NCBI GenBank assembly: GCA_964019335.1
Contig: OZ025652.1
Location: 434,001 to 498,000, forward strand
Source of the DNA: Diplonema japonicum
Lineage: Eukaryota > Protista > Euglenozoa: Diplonemea
Length of the DNA stretch: 64,000 nt
Reading direction: 5' to 3'
In this document: positions 21,565 through 32,897 of the stretch, piece by piece
How positions within the stretch are numbered: position 1 is the first letter of the stretch
Layout of the letters: the number at the start of each line of letters is the position of its first letter
Made by a program: the position numbers and the translations under genes
Notes under the pieces: generated by a model
The model's input: only the letters and a program-made list of their open reading frames with translations
Database searches by the model: none
Told to the model about the DNA's origin: nothing

Positions 21565-24022
21565 TTAGGAGGAGGCAGAGGTGGTGAGCCATTCTTCAAC
21601 AGGCTCGTCAGGGATGCTGCCGTGAAGCCAGGCACCACGCCGGACGACATCAAGCAAGCGCTGTGGGGTAATGTTGTCATGAGGGCATACCTGGTAAGGG
21701 CCAAAGGTGTCGATGTCAATATCGTGACCTTCGCTGAGCATCTTCCCAAAGTTCAAGACATCAAGGTAGAATTGTACATCGCACTTGTTGGCTTGCGTCA
21801 CAGGTGTCGTGTTCTGTTCGGCCCCTGTGATCGACTCCTTCTTGTTTCTCCAATTCGATAAGGACGCTTGCTGCTGCTTCGCCTTCACCCTCGTGTCCTG
21901 CACCAATGACCTGTACTTGGTCGTTGTCACTGTAATGATCTCAGTAGACCACGCTGTGGTGTGTTGCGTTGTACATTTGACATGTCAGCATACCGTCGAT
22001 CACTTCCTGTGGATAGCTCTTCTCGTACAGCTTTGGTTTGAACATGTTGAGTGGTTGCAGCACCCCTGCGGAGGCTGCGCTAGGCGACGTGGGGATCGTC
22101 TTCTTCGCGAAGAGATTCGACGGCGTTATGGCCACGAACCCTAACAAGTTGATGCACCGCAGAGTCACCGCAGCCGTCAGTGCAGTCGTCACATCACGCG
22201 CAACATGAGTAGTTGCCATGCCTATCGCATCTAAGCAGGTGTCTAGTACACCTGTCACGGTAGGCCCCGCACTAATGTAGTGTTCTTTAAAAGCTGGTCC
22301 GAAGGTAGTGTTTAGATGGGTCTTGAGCTTTGACAGGTCCAAGTGGATGTTGAGGAGCACATCGTCGTCTTCGCACTCGGCAAGCAGCTGGTACGAAGGG
22401 ACGAACTTGCCCTTCACCACATCGCCTGTCTCGTCCAGCACCGGGAGCTCGTTGTCACTTAAGAACTTGTTGTGCCAGTTCTTCAAAGACCCTGCCACCT
22501 CAATGCACAACCTCATGAACTTGTGTCCCAGGGGGTACATCATCACCATGTCCGACCCACACCACATCAGCAACGAGTACGTTGCCGCGCACGGCCCGTA
22601 GCTGAAGTCTTCTTGCATCAAACTTACAGCATCAGGTGCCCCAGAACTGTCCGAGTTGAGACTGGTTGCAAGGGCAAGTGTTGCTTTCCCTTCAGTGGGC
22701 AGCCATGCTTGCAGGTGATTCTTGACAGTGATCTCGCGCATCTTGTAATACACATCAGTGTTCCACCTTGACTCCCACAGCTTCATTTCTTGCCTCAGTT
22801 TCTGCAAGGTGTCTATGGTAGGGCAGCAGTTCTCAAACGTCACTGCTAGCTTGTGCGCTGCCCTGTATCGGTGGTTGAACAAGTACGGGTTCCCAGAGTC
22901 GAACAGGAAGTGCAGCCTCTTGCTTATTGTGTCGGAGAAAGACTGCCACAGAGCCACGACCAGCACCGTGATGCCTGCTTCATGCCCTACGTCGATGAGG
23001 CGCTTCCATTTCGTGCGGCAAGCTTCGATCGGTGCTTCGAACAGTTTGTTCATGGTGCCGGGGCTGTCTCGGGAGCCTCTTGCTGCGGCCCATGAAATGG
23101 AGTCCTCGGCAGAGGGTGTGCAGATGATGTCTCGGAAGATATTGACTGCAGCGTCTTCCTCTTCGAGCTCGTGGTAGGCCTCGAGGCACACCTTGATGCC
23201 TTCGAGGATGCTAGCGAGGAGGTCGGGGTTAGTAGTGGAGCAGTATTTTTTATAGGCTGTGAGGTAGGCAACGTATTCGGACTGTATTTGTTCCAAGATG
23301 TGCATGCGGAACTGGTTCAGGCGGGTGTTGGTGTTGGCGCGGTCGGTTTTTTGCTCGTCCAGGACTGCGACCCAAAGACTTTGCTCGACCTGAAGACGCC
23401 GCGCCTGCTGAGCAATGGAGGACATGAGCTTGAGCCGTGCTTCATTCTGGAAAGGCGCAGGTGTCTGATTGCTGCCAACACCATTTGCATGCCCATTGGC
23501 ATCAGAAGCATGTCCGTTGAGCCCTTTGTGAGGCTCGTCGTCGCAAAGTGTATCCATCCCTCGCTTAGTCTTTTCAAGTTCTTCCAACTGCCCTTTCAAC
23601 CCATGCTCCACGACGGTGATCTTGAGCTTCCTCACACTATACATTTTACACTTTTCAAGGTGGTGTATCCGCTGTAACTTCTCGCCGACCTTATTTTTGC
23701 TATCTTCAAGCTTTCCGCAAGCAGCTTTGACGCGTGCTCCCAATTCAGGAAGCGGTGCTTGGAGCCTCAGCAGCTCGCCCTCTCTCTGATACAACTTGTT
23801 CGTCACACTAAGGAACGTGTCATACACATCGGTGTTCACCAAGTGAACCACCTCGTCCTGGAGGTACTCCCTAAACGTCACCAGGTCCTTTATAATCATG
23901 TCGATCGATACGTACTTCCTTTTCTCCACTAGGAACGCAGCCGGGTTGAAATCTTCCTCATCCCTGAACTCCGCAGGATCGAAGCACAAATGGAATAATT
24001 TCTCGTCCGTCAGCCCTGACAT
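21565..24022 (-). CDS. COG2: Conserved oligomeric Golgi complex subunit 2
   Basis: N-terminal LCFDPAEF...FNPAAFL...LVNTDVYDTFLSV is typical of COG2, as is RWNTDVYY. Introns at 21954-21993 and (in frame) 21661-21690. Confidence 0.8.
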
Positions 24023-24242
24023 TGTGCTGAGTACAGGGTGGGGTGAGTGGGGTGGACCTGTGTACACTGTGTTAACCACTTCATCGACGATATCACAATA
24101 TAACAGTTAAAGAGGGGGTTTAAATAGTTAAGGAGATATGAATTTTTGTTTTATTTTTCTCTTTCTTAAGGGGAGAGGATGGAAATCCCGTTCTTATGTA
24201 CATCAGGGTTCAAGCAGCTAAAGCTTTCCTTTTTCGTTCCTT

Positions 24243-27083
24243 CTAAAATTCAAACACGCTGTGGAACTGGTAATCATCGCTGGGGCATGACACACTGACC
24301 TTACAATTCGCAGAAGATCCTTTTAGAGAATTAGAAAAATTTGTTTGTCCCCCACCCTTCTACCTGGAGGCTGCAACGTAGGAATGATCAAATACGAATC
24401 AGAAGGCGGTGCCGACAGAGTAAAGTCCTTGGCGATTGAGTTAGCTCGGATATATGTACTGTTATGAAATGCAAATTAAAGAAGGGGAAAGAAAAGGGCC
24501 AAACCTTGTACAGAGAATCTGCGACTCCGGAATGAGTCCTGTGAGCCCCTTGCCTTGTCGTCCATTGTTGTCAACAACGAAAAAAAGTATGGAAGGGTCT
24601 TCATGTCCTGTCACCTCCAGCTTGATGACGAACTGCTGGTTGGCAATGGGACACACCAGTTCGAACTGAGGGTTGTTGGTGGCATCTTGGTAGGTAGATG
24701 ACGATGTCCATGAGCCAGACGCTTGCTTCTTCGTCCACATTGGCAGCTCCGTGAGGGAAAAGTTAGGGGTGGAGCACAGGGCGGTCACAGTACACCGTGA
24801 ACGGGAGCCTTCCGGCTGAAGACAAGGCACCACTACGTACGGAATGTTCCCTCCAGGCAATTGACACTCCAGCTGTACAACCGATCCTATTAAATATTTG
24901 CTTTTCACCACTATCGAGTCGTCTGAGAGTGCACCCAACATCCTGCCGCCTTTCCCAGCACACACAAATGTGACCAAAGAGTTATCTTCATGTTTATCAG
25001 CCTCCACTGTGATGACCACTCTTACAGGGTCGGGGCTTGCTGCTACCTTCAATTCGAATTGTGGATGGTCTTCGCCGTTTTGGTACTCACCGCTGCAAAG
25101 CCACCGCGATCTGAGGAGTTCCTTTTTCCAGTATTTGTCAAGAAGTTCTCTTTGCAGTGTGAATGCAGATTCGGAGAGGACTCTCAGGTTGAAGGTCCCC
25201 ATCTTCCCTATCACATACGTTGACGGGGTTACCCAGTACGTGCCTTGCTCCAGTTCGCCTTCGAAGGACACGGAGTTCGTGATGAGGTATGGTGTTTTGA
25301 CCACCACGTTGTCCTTGTCATACCGCACAGGGTAGTAGTCGGCCTTGAGAATGTGGAATGCCAGTGTATCGACGTCAGACGTGGCAAACCTCTTGTCCGG
25401 AAGCACAAGGTTGATGAACACCTTCCCCGACTTCTGCACCGTGAACTTGTACCTCGGGTTGTCTGCCCACGTCTGCTCAAAGTACGGTCCCCCCGATGAC
25501 GATTTATCCCATTCCCCTGGAAGCAGCAAGGAAGGCCAATCCAAGAACACCTTCACAATGTGTATAGTTTGGAAATGAAGCAGAAGCGACGAGTATGGCA
25601 TCCAAAAGGTGTCCTTGGGCTTCATTTTGAACTCAAGCGTTTCAGCCACATCGGGGTAATGCTCCCAGAGTGGGGAGTTATCACCCCAGTCGCCCTGCCA
25701 AGTACTTTCCCGGAAGGCTGATGATAAGGACAGCAACCGGAAACCGTAGACAGTCCTCACCATAGTGACGGTGTAGGCATGGTGGGGCATGAGGCCCGCC
25801 TCGGCAAGCTTGACTTGGTCCTTTCCTGATGTGGTGACTACGAGATGGGCGTTTCGGGCGGAGAGTTCTGTGAACTCCTCCCACCATTCATCGGGGTTGA
25901 AGTCTTCTTGATGCAGATCCCTTGCGATCCCAACACCTCCAGTGAAATCGACCACGGACACTGCAGTGCGCGGTGCCTTTTCTAACGGGTGGGTGGTGTT
26001 CACGCACACGTCCAAGGCTTGGTACGAACCATGTGCCTTTGCAACGGCCTTTTCTATTACATGGATCCACAGAGAATTGCAGCTCTTTGATCTTGCGAAC
26101 ACGAAGTTTTCGTTAATATCAACCGGGACCCAGTCGTCAACCACCACCCACCGCCACTTCCCATCGATGAACAGCTTTACAGTGTACACGCCAAACGGCG
26201 ATATCACCTTGGGGGTGATTAAGTCCTCAATGAGGTTGCCTGCCATCACCACGGCGTTGAGAGACTCCATGAGCCAGGATGTTGCCAGGTGGCCGAGCTC
26301 TAAGGTGGAAAGGCTGACGGTGTCCGGGAACAGACGGGCTTTTGGGGTTTCCTTGAGACGGACCCAACCATGAACAGGGTAATCTTTAAGAGCGCTTTTT
26401 TGAATGCTTTTCCAGTCGGGTGGGAACTGCGGGTCGGAGAAGACAGCGTGTTTTTCTCTGCACAGTGCGGCGATGTGTTCTATGGGGTTGATGTCGAAGA
26501 GGATCTCGTGGACTGTGGTGGGCTGCGATGCGAAGAGATTGGCGATCGAAGACGCGCTGAGGTCTGCTGTGGGTTCGATATCGACTAGCTGTTCGCCAGT
26601 CGCCTCTTCTTGGGGCTTCATGTTCAGTTTGTTCTTCCCAAGCTGCGTGTCGATGGCGCGGAGAAGGATTTCCTTGACAGCGGTGCCGTCCAGATAAATC
26701 TCTTCGATCTGTTCATTTGTCTTGGTCAGCTCTAAAATTGCCTTCCCCGCTCCTATTGTGATTGGGTTGCTTGAGAGGTCTATTGACCGGATCCCTTTGT
26801 GTGTTTGGATAACGTCCATCAGATTGACCACGCACTGGTTTGTCAGCTGATTGTCGCGCAGGCTGAGGTGCCGTAGCCCGCTGCTCACCCGCACTACCTC
26901 CAAAACCGGCAGCAGCCCCTTCGGGCCCACAAAGTTCTTCGACAGGTCTAACACTTTCGCGTCGTCGAACTTGTCAGGGGTCTTGCTCAGCTCCCTCACC
27001 AGCAAGCTGTTCTTTTTGCACCCCAATTCGTCGCATTTCATCTGGTAAATCTCATTTACCGACATCCCCACATATTCCACCAT
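24243..27083 (-). CDS. LRR-containing calpain-like protein, probably catalytically inactive, with repeated domain III
   Basis: N-terminal RI-like LRRs, then FSDPQFPP, W..VVVDDWVP and EKAVAKAHGSY. The catalytic Cys site reads LATSW. Two short 3' introns extend the frame to a TAG at 24243. Confidence 0.88.
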
Positions 27084-27439
27084 TGTGTCAACCACTCCAC
27101 CCCCCCCCCCCCCCCCACCTCTTTTTGATGTTGTGGTTTTATCTTCCCCGTACCAAAGGACACAAAAGCAGCTGTAAAACAATACAAGAAAAAACGTATA
27201 ATAAAAATATTCCCGAGGGAAAGATTCATAATGGGATTGGAAAGAGGAGGGGAAAGGGAAAACAAAGGAGGGGGGAGGGGGGGGACGAAGACAACGCTCA
27301 ATAAAAAGCGGGGACAGAGGGGATTCGGGGTTTACAAGACAACATTAACTTTCTTTTTTTTGTTTTTATCCTTTGCTTTATCTTTTTCTTTTTTCCAAGT
27401 GATTTTTTTTTTTTCCTCCTTCTTCCTGTTCACATCTTA

Positions 27440-27512
27440 CTAGTACGCGGCTTTGTTCAGGAAATCGTGGGTCTCCCTGCGGACCATCTCACGGTGCGCG
27501 TCGATGTCCATC

Positions 27513-27551
<39 letters not shown>

Positions 27552-28131
27552 CCCTCCCGAACATACCTCAACTTTACTTTCCTCCTGTACCCTTTCCTGT
27601 GCAAGGAGAGACTCGCCTGGCGTGATATCTGCCCGCCTGTAGTTCTGTTCCTCCCTCACCCGTTCCATCGCTCTCGGTGAACGCTCTACCTCAGCACGGA
27701 TTTCTTGCAGATTGGTCCCTGGGCACCTAGCACGCGCAGGAGAGGCCCCTGGAACGGAAATTCGGGTCCTGGGAGGAGATGAAGGGGGAATTTCACCTTG
27801 CGAATCGTCGTTGCCTTCTTGAAATGCGTATAGTTGGGCATATGTTTGTAGCTGCCCACAGGACTCCAAGTCCGTCCATTTTCTCTGGTAATCGTCGTAG
27901 ATTTGGAATCTTCTTATCCTAACATGTTGCACGGCTGTGCCGGGAGGGCGTTGCACGGTCGCTGTGGTGGTGGTGGAACAAAAAAAAGGGGGGAGGGTGA
28001 TTACCTTCCGTTTGGAACAAGCTCTCCACCTTCGATCTCAGCTCTCCCAGCGTCGGCCTTTCCGTGAATTTTACTTCTAAATTCTCCTTGCATTTGTAAA
28101 GGTCCGCTGCCACGTCCAGTACAAAACTCAT
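27440..28131 (-). CDS. BILBO1 N-terminal (ubiquitin-like) domain protein, short form, 3 exons
   Basis: MSFVLDVAADLY..K.NLEV.F..RPT..EL and YD....W.DL....QL..Y.QLY.FQ...SQGEIPP match the trypanosomatid BILBO1 NTD as I recall it. Introns at about 27962-28003 and 27512-27566. Confidence 0.8.
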
Positions 28132-28132
28132 T

Positions 28133-28177
<45 letters not shown>

Positions 28178-28599
28178 CGCCCTTTGAAATTTTTTTTTCT
28201 TCTCCCTGACGGGAAATAAAATAGGGAAAACAAAAGAAAAACCTAAAATACAAAAAAAATAACAGAATTGTGGAGAACATGGGATTAAAGCAAAAAAAGA
28301 AGAAGAAGAAAAAGGTATAATAACGTAAAAAGAAAAAATAGGGGAGAAAAGCTTATAAAGAAGGAAAAAAAACACTGGTAGGAAACCCGAAGTACGCTCC
28401 GCTTGGGGAATATAAAAGGACACTAGAGGAAATGGAGGGGCAGGGGAAGAGTTAAAATCGTGGTTGTAAAGAAAAAAAAAAAAATACCCCCATATTTCCC
28501 AGTAACAAAACCTACCAAAAAAAAAAAAAAAAAAGAAAAGAAACACTAAAAGAATGATACATTGGGGGAAAGAAGAATAGAGAAAAGAACATTCCCCTA

Positions 28600-29863
28600 T
28601 CACCACAGGTAAAATGCATCGTGTGAAGAGCGGCCACCATTGAGGGAGTGGGTCTTGCCCGTACTGGTAAAGTTCGCCAGGGCATCCTTCGCAACCTCTT
28701 CCATCTGTATTATTTTCTCTCCTCCTCTTTAAAAGGCATACCAAGATCAAGTTCCTCTTATCAACGCCAAGGTCCTCCCACCCGTAAATATCGGCCAGCT
28801 CGTGCTCGTTAGGGATGGCGTTGTATTGCATCCTCACGTACCAGTCCTTGGGCTGCGCGCTGTGCCATCTTGTCAATTCGGTCAAGGTACCCCATGCTCT
28901 TTTTTTTTTTCTCTTTTTTTTTTTCTTTTTTTCCATACTTCGCCGCAGTATACGGTATTCTGAAAGTTTCAGGGGGTGCCCTTGTAACACTCGACACAAA
29001 TTTGACAGCTTCTCCGTAAGTGATTCTTTGCCTGCCGCCAAGCTCGAATGTCTTGCCATGGCACGCAGGATCTTGGAGTGCATGGGTGACCGCTGAACCA
29101 ATGTCGTAGGCGAAGACGGGATACGAGACCCTGCTCAGCATTTCAGGGTACACGACCACAGACTGCATGACCATCCTCTTTGCGAGGGATCTCAAGAAGC
29201 AGTTGTAGTGGCAGCCCTGTCGGGAGAACACATCTGAAGGGCGGATAATAATGGCGGAAGGCATGTGCTCCCGGATTTCGATCTCGGCTCTCCCCTTTGC
29301 TCGAAGCACAGGGCTGTCTGAGTCCACGTCCGCACCGATAGCAGAAATGAACACCATTGTCTCCTTCTTCTGCTCTGCGCAGATCTTCGCGATGTCCACA
29401 GGGAGTTGCCGGTATATCGCGTCATACCCCCAGTTCAGATCCCTCCATCTTAGCGGTGTGTTCGGCCGCACGTTCCTCCCCAGCGACACCACCACGTAGT
29501 CGGACGGCTCGCACATCTCGCGCAGCTGAGCAGGTTTATTAAAATCGGTGTTCATGATTTGATAGTTCCACGGCTCGGGCGAGCAGAGCTGCGCCTGGCG
29601 TGGGTCGGAGTAAGACCTTTTTTTTTTTTTTTTTTTTTTTTTTTCTGTTTCCTACCTGTGGTACGGCAGAATTAACATCGTCCCCGATTTCGCAAGCTCA
29701 TGGCTGATCCCCAACCCGACCGTACCGTATCCCCCAAACACCGTTGCAACTGTGGGGGGGAGGGTTGATTTCTTCTTTTTTAAAAAAAAAAAAATAGGAC
29801 AATACCATTCCCATACAAATTTTGCATGAGCCCGCTGCTCCCCGACGCGAGATACCTCGACAT
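28600..29863 (-). CDS. NDUFA9: NADH dehydrogenase (complex I) 39-kDa SDR subunit, 5 exons
   Basis: The spliced frame gives GNVATVFGGYGTVG, FISAIGAD, KGRAE..IR, IIIRPS and GKTFELGG, ending WEDLGV...YLW*. Introns include 29617-29655 and 28899-28938. Confidence 0.85.
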
Positions 29864-30150
29864 CTTGACAACCCTTCAAACACCCTGCCTGGAGCTGCGA
29901 TGAAAAAAAAAGAAAAGAAAAGAAAAGAAAAATATATAAGAGACCAGTGTTGGTGGCGCCCCCCCTGTTCAAAAAAAGAGAAAAAAAGAGGGCGGGGGGG
30001 GGGGGGGAGAAAAGTCTCTTTGATCATTACCAAATAAGAATATTCACTACCGTCGGCAACGACTGAACAAAGAAAAATAAAAGGGGGGAAAGGATGAGTT
30101 ATAGGAGGTCTTTGTGAGACGTCCCGAGAAACGCATAGCAAGTAAAACTC

Positions 30151-30735
30151 TCAAGGTGCCGCAGTACTCTGGCTACCGAAAGAATCGTCAGGTAAGAAGG
30201 AACTGAGCTTAGCGGGGATGCGAGACTTGAGAAGATGAAGAGCAGCAGAGAAATTGAGCCAGAAGCCAAAGGAACCAATGAACATAGTATTCTCGATGGT
30301 GGTGAATGTGAGTAGGGACAGGGGTGTAGTCTTGTGGTCGGGTGGGGGCTGGGTTTTGATCGCAACGCTAAGAAGAACAGCAGGCTCTTGCACAACAGGA
30401 AGAGAGTCGATGTCGGGCTTCGTGAGAGCGCCCACTATCAACATCAAAGAGAGTAAGTGATTGCAAAGTCTCCTTGTAACAATGCGGTCGAGGGCTCTGA
30501 CCCACCCGTACGTCACACCAGCAACCGCCAACGCCTTGCTAAGCGACACCCATCCCCTCATCACAGCTGCGACAAGAATAACAGCCGCCCTCCTCCCCCC
30601 CACCGTACTTACCAACCCAAGCAATGCCCATCCGTCTTCTTTAGGTACACGGAGCCTTGTCACTACCAGGTTCACGATTTCCTTTGCCGACATTCCATTC
30701 TTACGGACGCCGTCTCCTAAAATCACGACTTTCAT
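30151..30735 (-). CDS. Hypothetical membrane protein
   Basis: Open frame with several hydrophobic segments; start and end uncertain. Confidence 0.5.
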   Translation of the reverse strand: MKVVILGDGVRKNGMSAKEIVNLVVTRLRVPKEDGWALLGLVSTVGGRRAAVILVAAVMRGWVSLSKALAVAGVTYGWVRALDRIVTRRLCNHLLSLMLIVGALTKPDIDSLPVVQEPAVLLSVAIKTQPPPDHKTTPLSLLTFTTIENTMFIGSFGFWLNFSAALHLLKSRIPAKLSSFLPDDSFGSQSTAAP

Positions 30736-30836
30736 CTTGGGTGGGCCTTTTATGTCTTGATTGCTTACAATAAAGAGAAGGGGGGGGGGGGGGCAGAAAG
30801 AATAACGTCGGAAGGGGATAACAATAGCGGGCGTGC

Positions 30837-32591
30837 TTAATTGACGGGCTCGTACCAATCCCCGTTGTCGTCGTCGTCGTCGTCGTCGTCCTTTCCGTCG
30901 CTTCCTCTCTGCATCTCGCTTACAGTCGCAGGGTCCACATTAGTAAAGGTGGAAAGCTCATGCGAACGATTTTTCGAGTTGGCTTCTCCGCGTTTCTCCT
31001 GTCTCATGTCGTAGTGGGTCTTGTGGATGGATTTCTTCAAAGCTACAAGGTCGCGGTCCCGATTTCTCAGGGCGGGCATCGGCCGTTCGTCGCTTGGTTC
31101 GATGTATTTGAACACAGCCTCCGTCAGCATAGGGTATGCAGACGACTCGCTGAAGTCGCACATTTCGCTATTCTGCACACCGCCCAAACCAACTCTGTTC
31201 AATAGCAAAGACGTGCCCACGCCATCCATGGCAGCTGTCACCTCGCTCAACAGGAACCCAACTTCAACAGTCGCACCAATCGCCTGGTGCATCTCGTTCG
31301 AAATATGGCTATATGCTGGCTTACCAACCCCGTTCCCCTTCACCCACGCATGGGTTTTGTAGACATATGGTATACCAAGGGCACTGTATTCCGCTTTGCA
31401 TAACAACTCTTCTCTGTGATGCAAAAAGTGGCACTCGATGTTTTGTGCGTTTATCGTTTGCACCAACAGTTTGTGGACGTGTGGTTTATTGAAATACAAG
31501 TACCGCGCTGTGGACGAAAGGAGAAGGACAAGCGTTGTCTCGGGTGGTGGGTTGTCCAGCACTTGGGTGAAACACTCCGGTGACGGGATCAGAACCTGTG
31601 TGTATGGTGAGAGCGATCCCTTTAGGAAGTTAATCAGTGACTTAACGTCACGGACAGGCGGGCGGTGCTCGAAGGGAAAGACTTGCGATGCGGTCGCGAT
31701 ATCGAAGGAGTCCCACTTCTTGTTGTACCACCGCAGCACACGCCCTAAATGCAGGAGAGCATCCCTCGCGGCAGCGTAAGGCACCACGGTCTTCAATGAC
31801 TCATCGTCGGGGTACCACTCCAGAGCTTCGGCAGCCTGCTTCACATTGCCAGCCACACGCAAGAACATGTTGATCGCAGGAACACCCGACCATTGGATAC
31901 GATCTTCCCACACTCTCTTAAAAAAGAGCCGTGCCTTCAACGGGTTGACTCGTATTGTACCCACCAACATAGCTTCGTGTACGGCCACTGCCTCTAGTTG
32001 GTCTGATTTGACAGTATGGAAGTCACTGTAGACATGCTCCAATATTGTGAGGCTGCGAATGTATGTCATGACCAGTATGTAGGCTTCGGAGGAGGTTGAG
32101 ATGGATTTCAGATCGTTCTGCACCAATTTGAAGTTTCTCGAAACGAGGTCTTGGTGGATTCTAAGAAGTATCTGGTCCTGCTTGTTGACGACCTTTTGTT
32201 GAAGAGAGGGGTACAACGAATGGGAAAGGCGGCATGCAACGTGCGATACATCCGACCAGAAGGAAGTATCAGACAGCCGACCGCTGACAAGCCCCCTCTT
32301 GACAAGGCTTAAAACCGCGCTGACAAGGGATTCAAGCTCAGGTGTCTGCACGTGTTTCCTTCTATCCCGCATGGTGTTGTCTTTCAGTTCCTTGCTCAAT
32401 ACTGTGAGTTCCTTTGCTTCTAATGACACATTCAAATTCCGAAGATCCGTCACGATTTCTCCTCGCAGCGTGGGTACCATCCTCGTTCCCAGCAGCCTCT
32501 TCAGTACAATCTTCTTCCCTGCAGGAAGCCCTTCCAACACCTGCTTGTATGTCGGGATCGCAGCCAACACACTTCTCGTTCTCAATAGCAT
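30837..32591 (-). CDS. Hypothetical protein with a possible mitochondrial presequence (MLLRTRSVLAA)
   Basis: Long (~584 aa) open frame with an acidic C-terminus; no family recognised. Confidence 0.7.
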   Translation of the reverse strand: MLLRTRSVLAAIPTYKQVLEGLPAGKKIVLKRLLGTRMVPTLRGEIVTDLRNLNVSLEAKELTVLSKELKDNTMRDRRKHVQTPELESLVSAVLSLVKRGLVSGRLSDTSFWSDVSHVACRLSHSLYPSLQQKVVNKQDQILLRIHQDLVSRNFKLVQNDLKSISTSSEAYILVMTYIRSLTILEHVYSDFHTVKSDQLEAVAVHEAMLVGTIRVNPLKARLFFKRVWEDRIQWSGVPAINMFLRVAGNVKQAAEALEWYPDDESLKTVVPYAAARDALLHLGRVLRWYNKKWDSFDIATASQVFPFEHRPPVRDVKSLINFLKGSLSPYTQVLIPSPECFTQVLDNPPPETTLVLLLSSTARYLYFNKPHVHKLLVQTINAQNIECHFLHHREELLCKAEYSALGIPYVYKTHAWVKGNGVGKPAYSHISNEMHQAIGATVEVGFLLSEVTAAMDGVGTSLLLNRVGLGGVQNSEMCDFSESSAYPMLTEAVFKYIEPSDERPMPALRNRDRDLVALKKSIHKTHYDMRQEKRGEANSKNRSHELSTFTNVDPATVSEMQRGSDGKDDDDDDDDNGDWYEPVN

Positions 32592-32897
32592 CTTGATATC
32601 GCCACCAAGAGCCTGTATACGATTTGTACGAAAGAACATAGACAAAAGAGAGAGAATAATAAGAACCGTAAGCATGGGTGTATTTTTTCAAAAGAAAAAG
32701 AAAAAGAAGAAGAAAATAAGAGGCAGCAAACCAAGCGGAAGTCGGTTTGCGGAGGGAATCAATGTTATACCTTAATGAAACAATTCTTTTCAAAGACAAG
32801 AAAAGAGGGGGGAGCAGCAGAGGAGAAACACAAACACATTGGCTAGGCTGGAACAAAAAAAAAAAAAAAAAAAGAAGAAGAAAAAAAAGTCCTGCAC

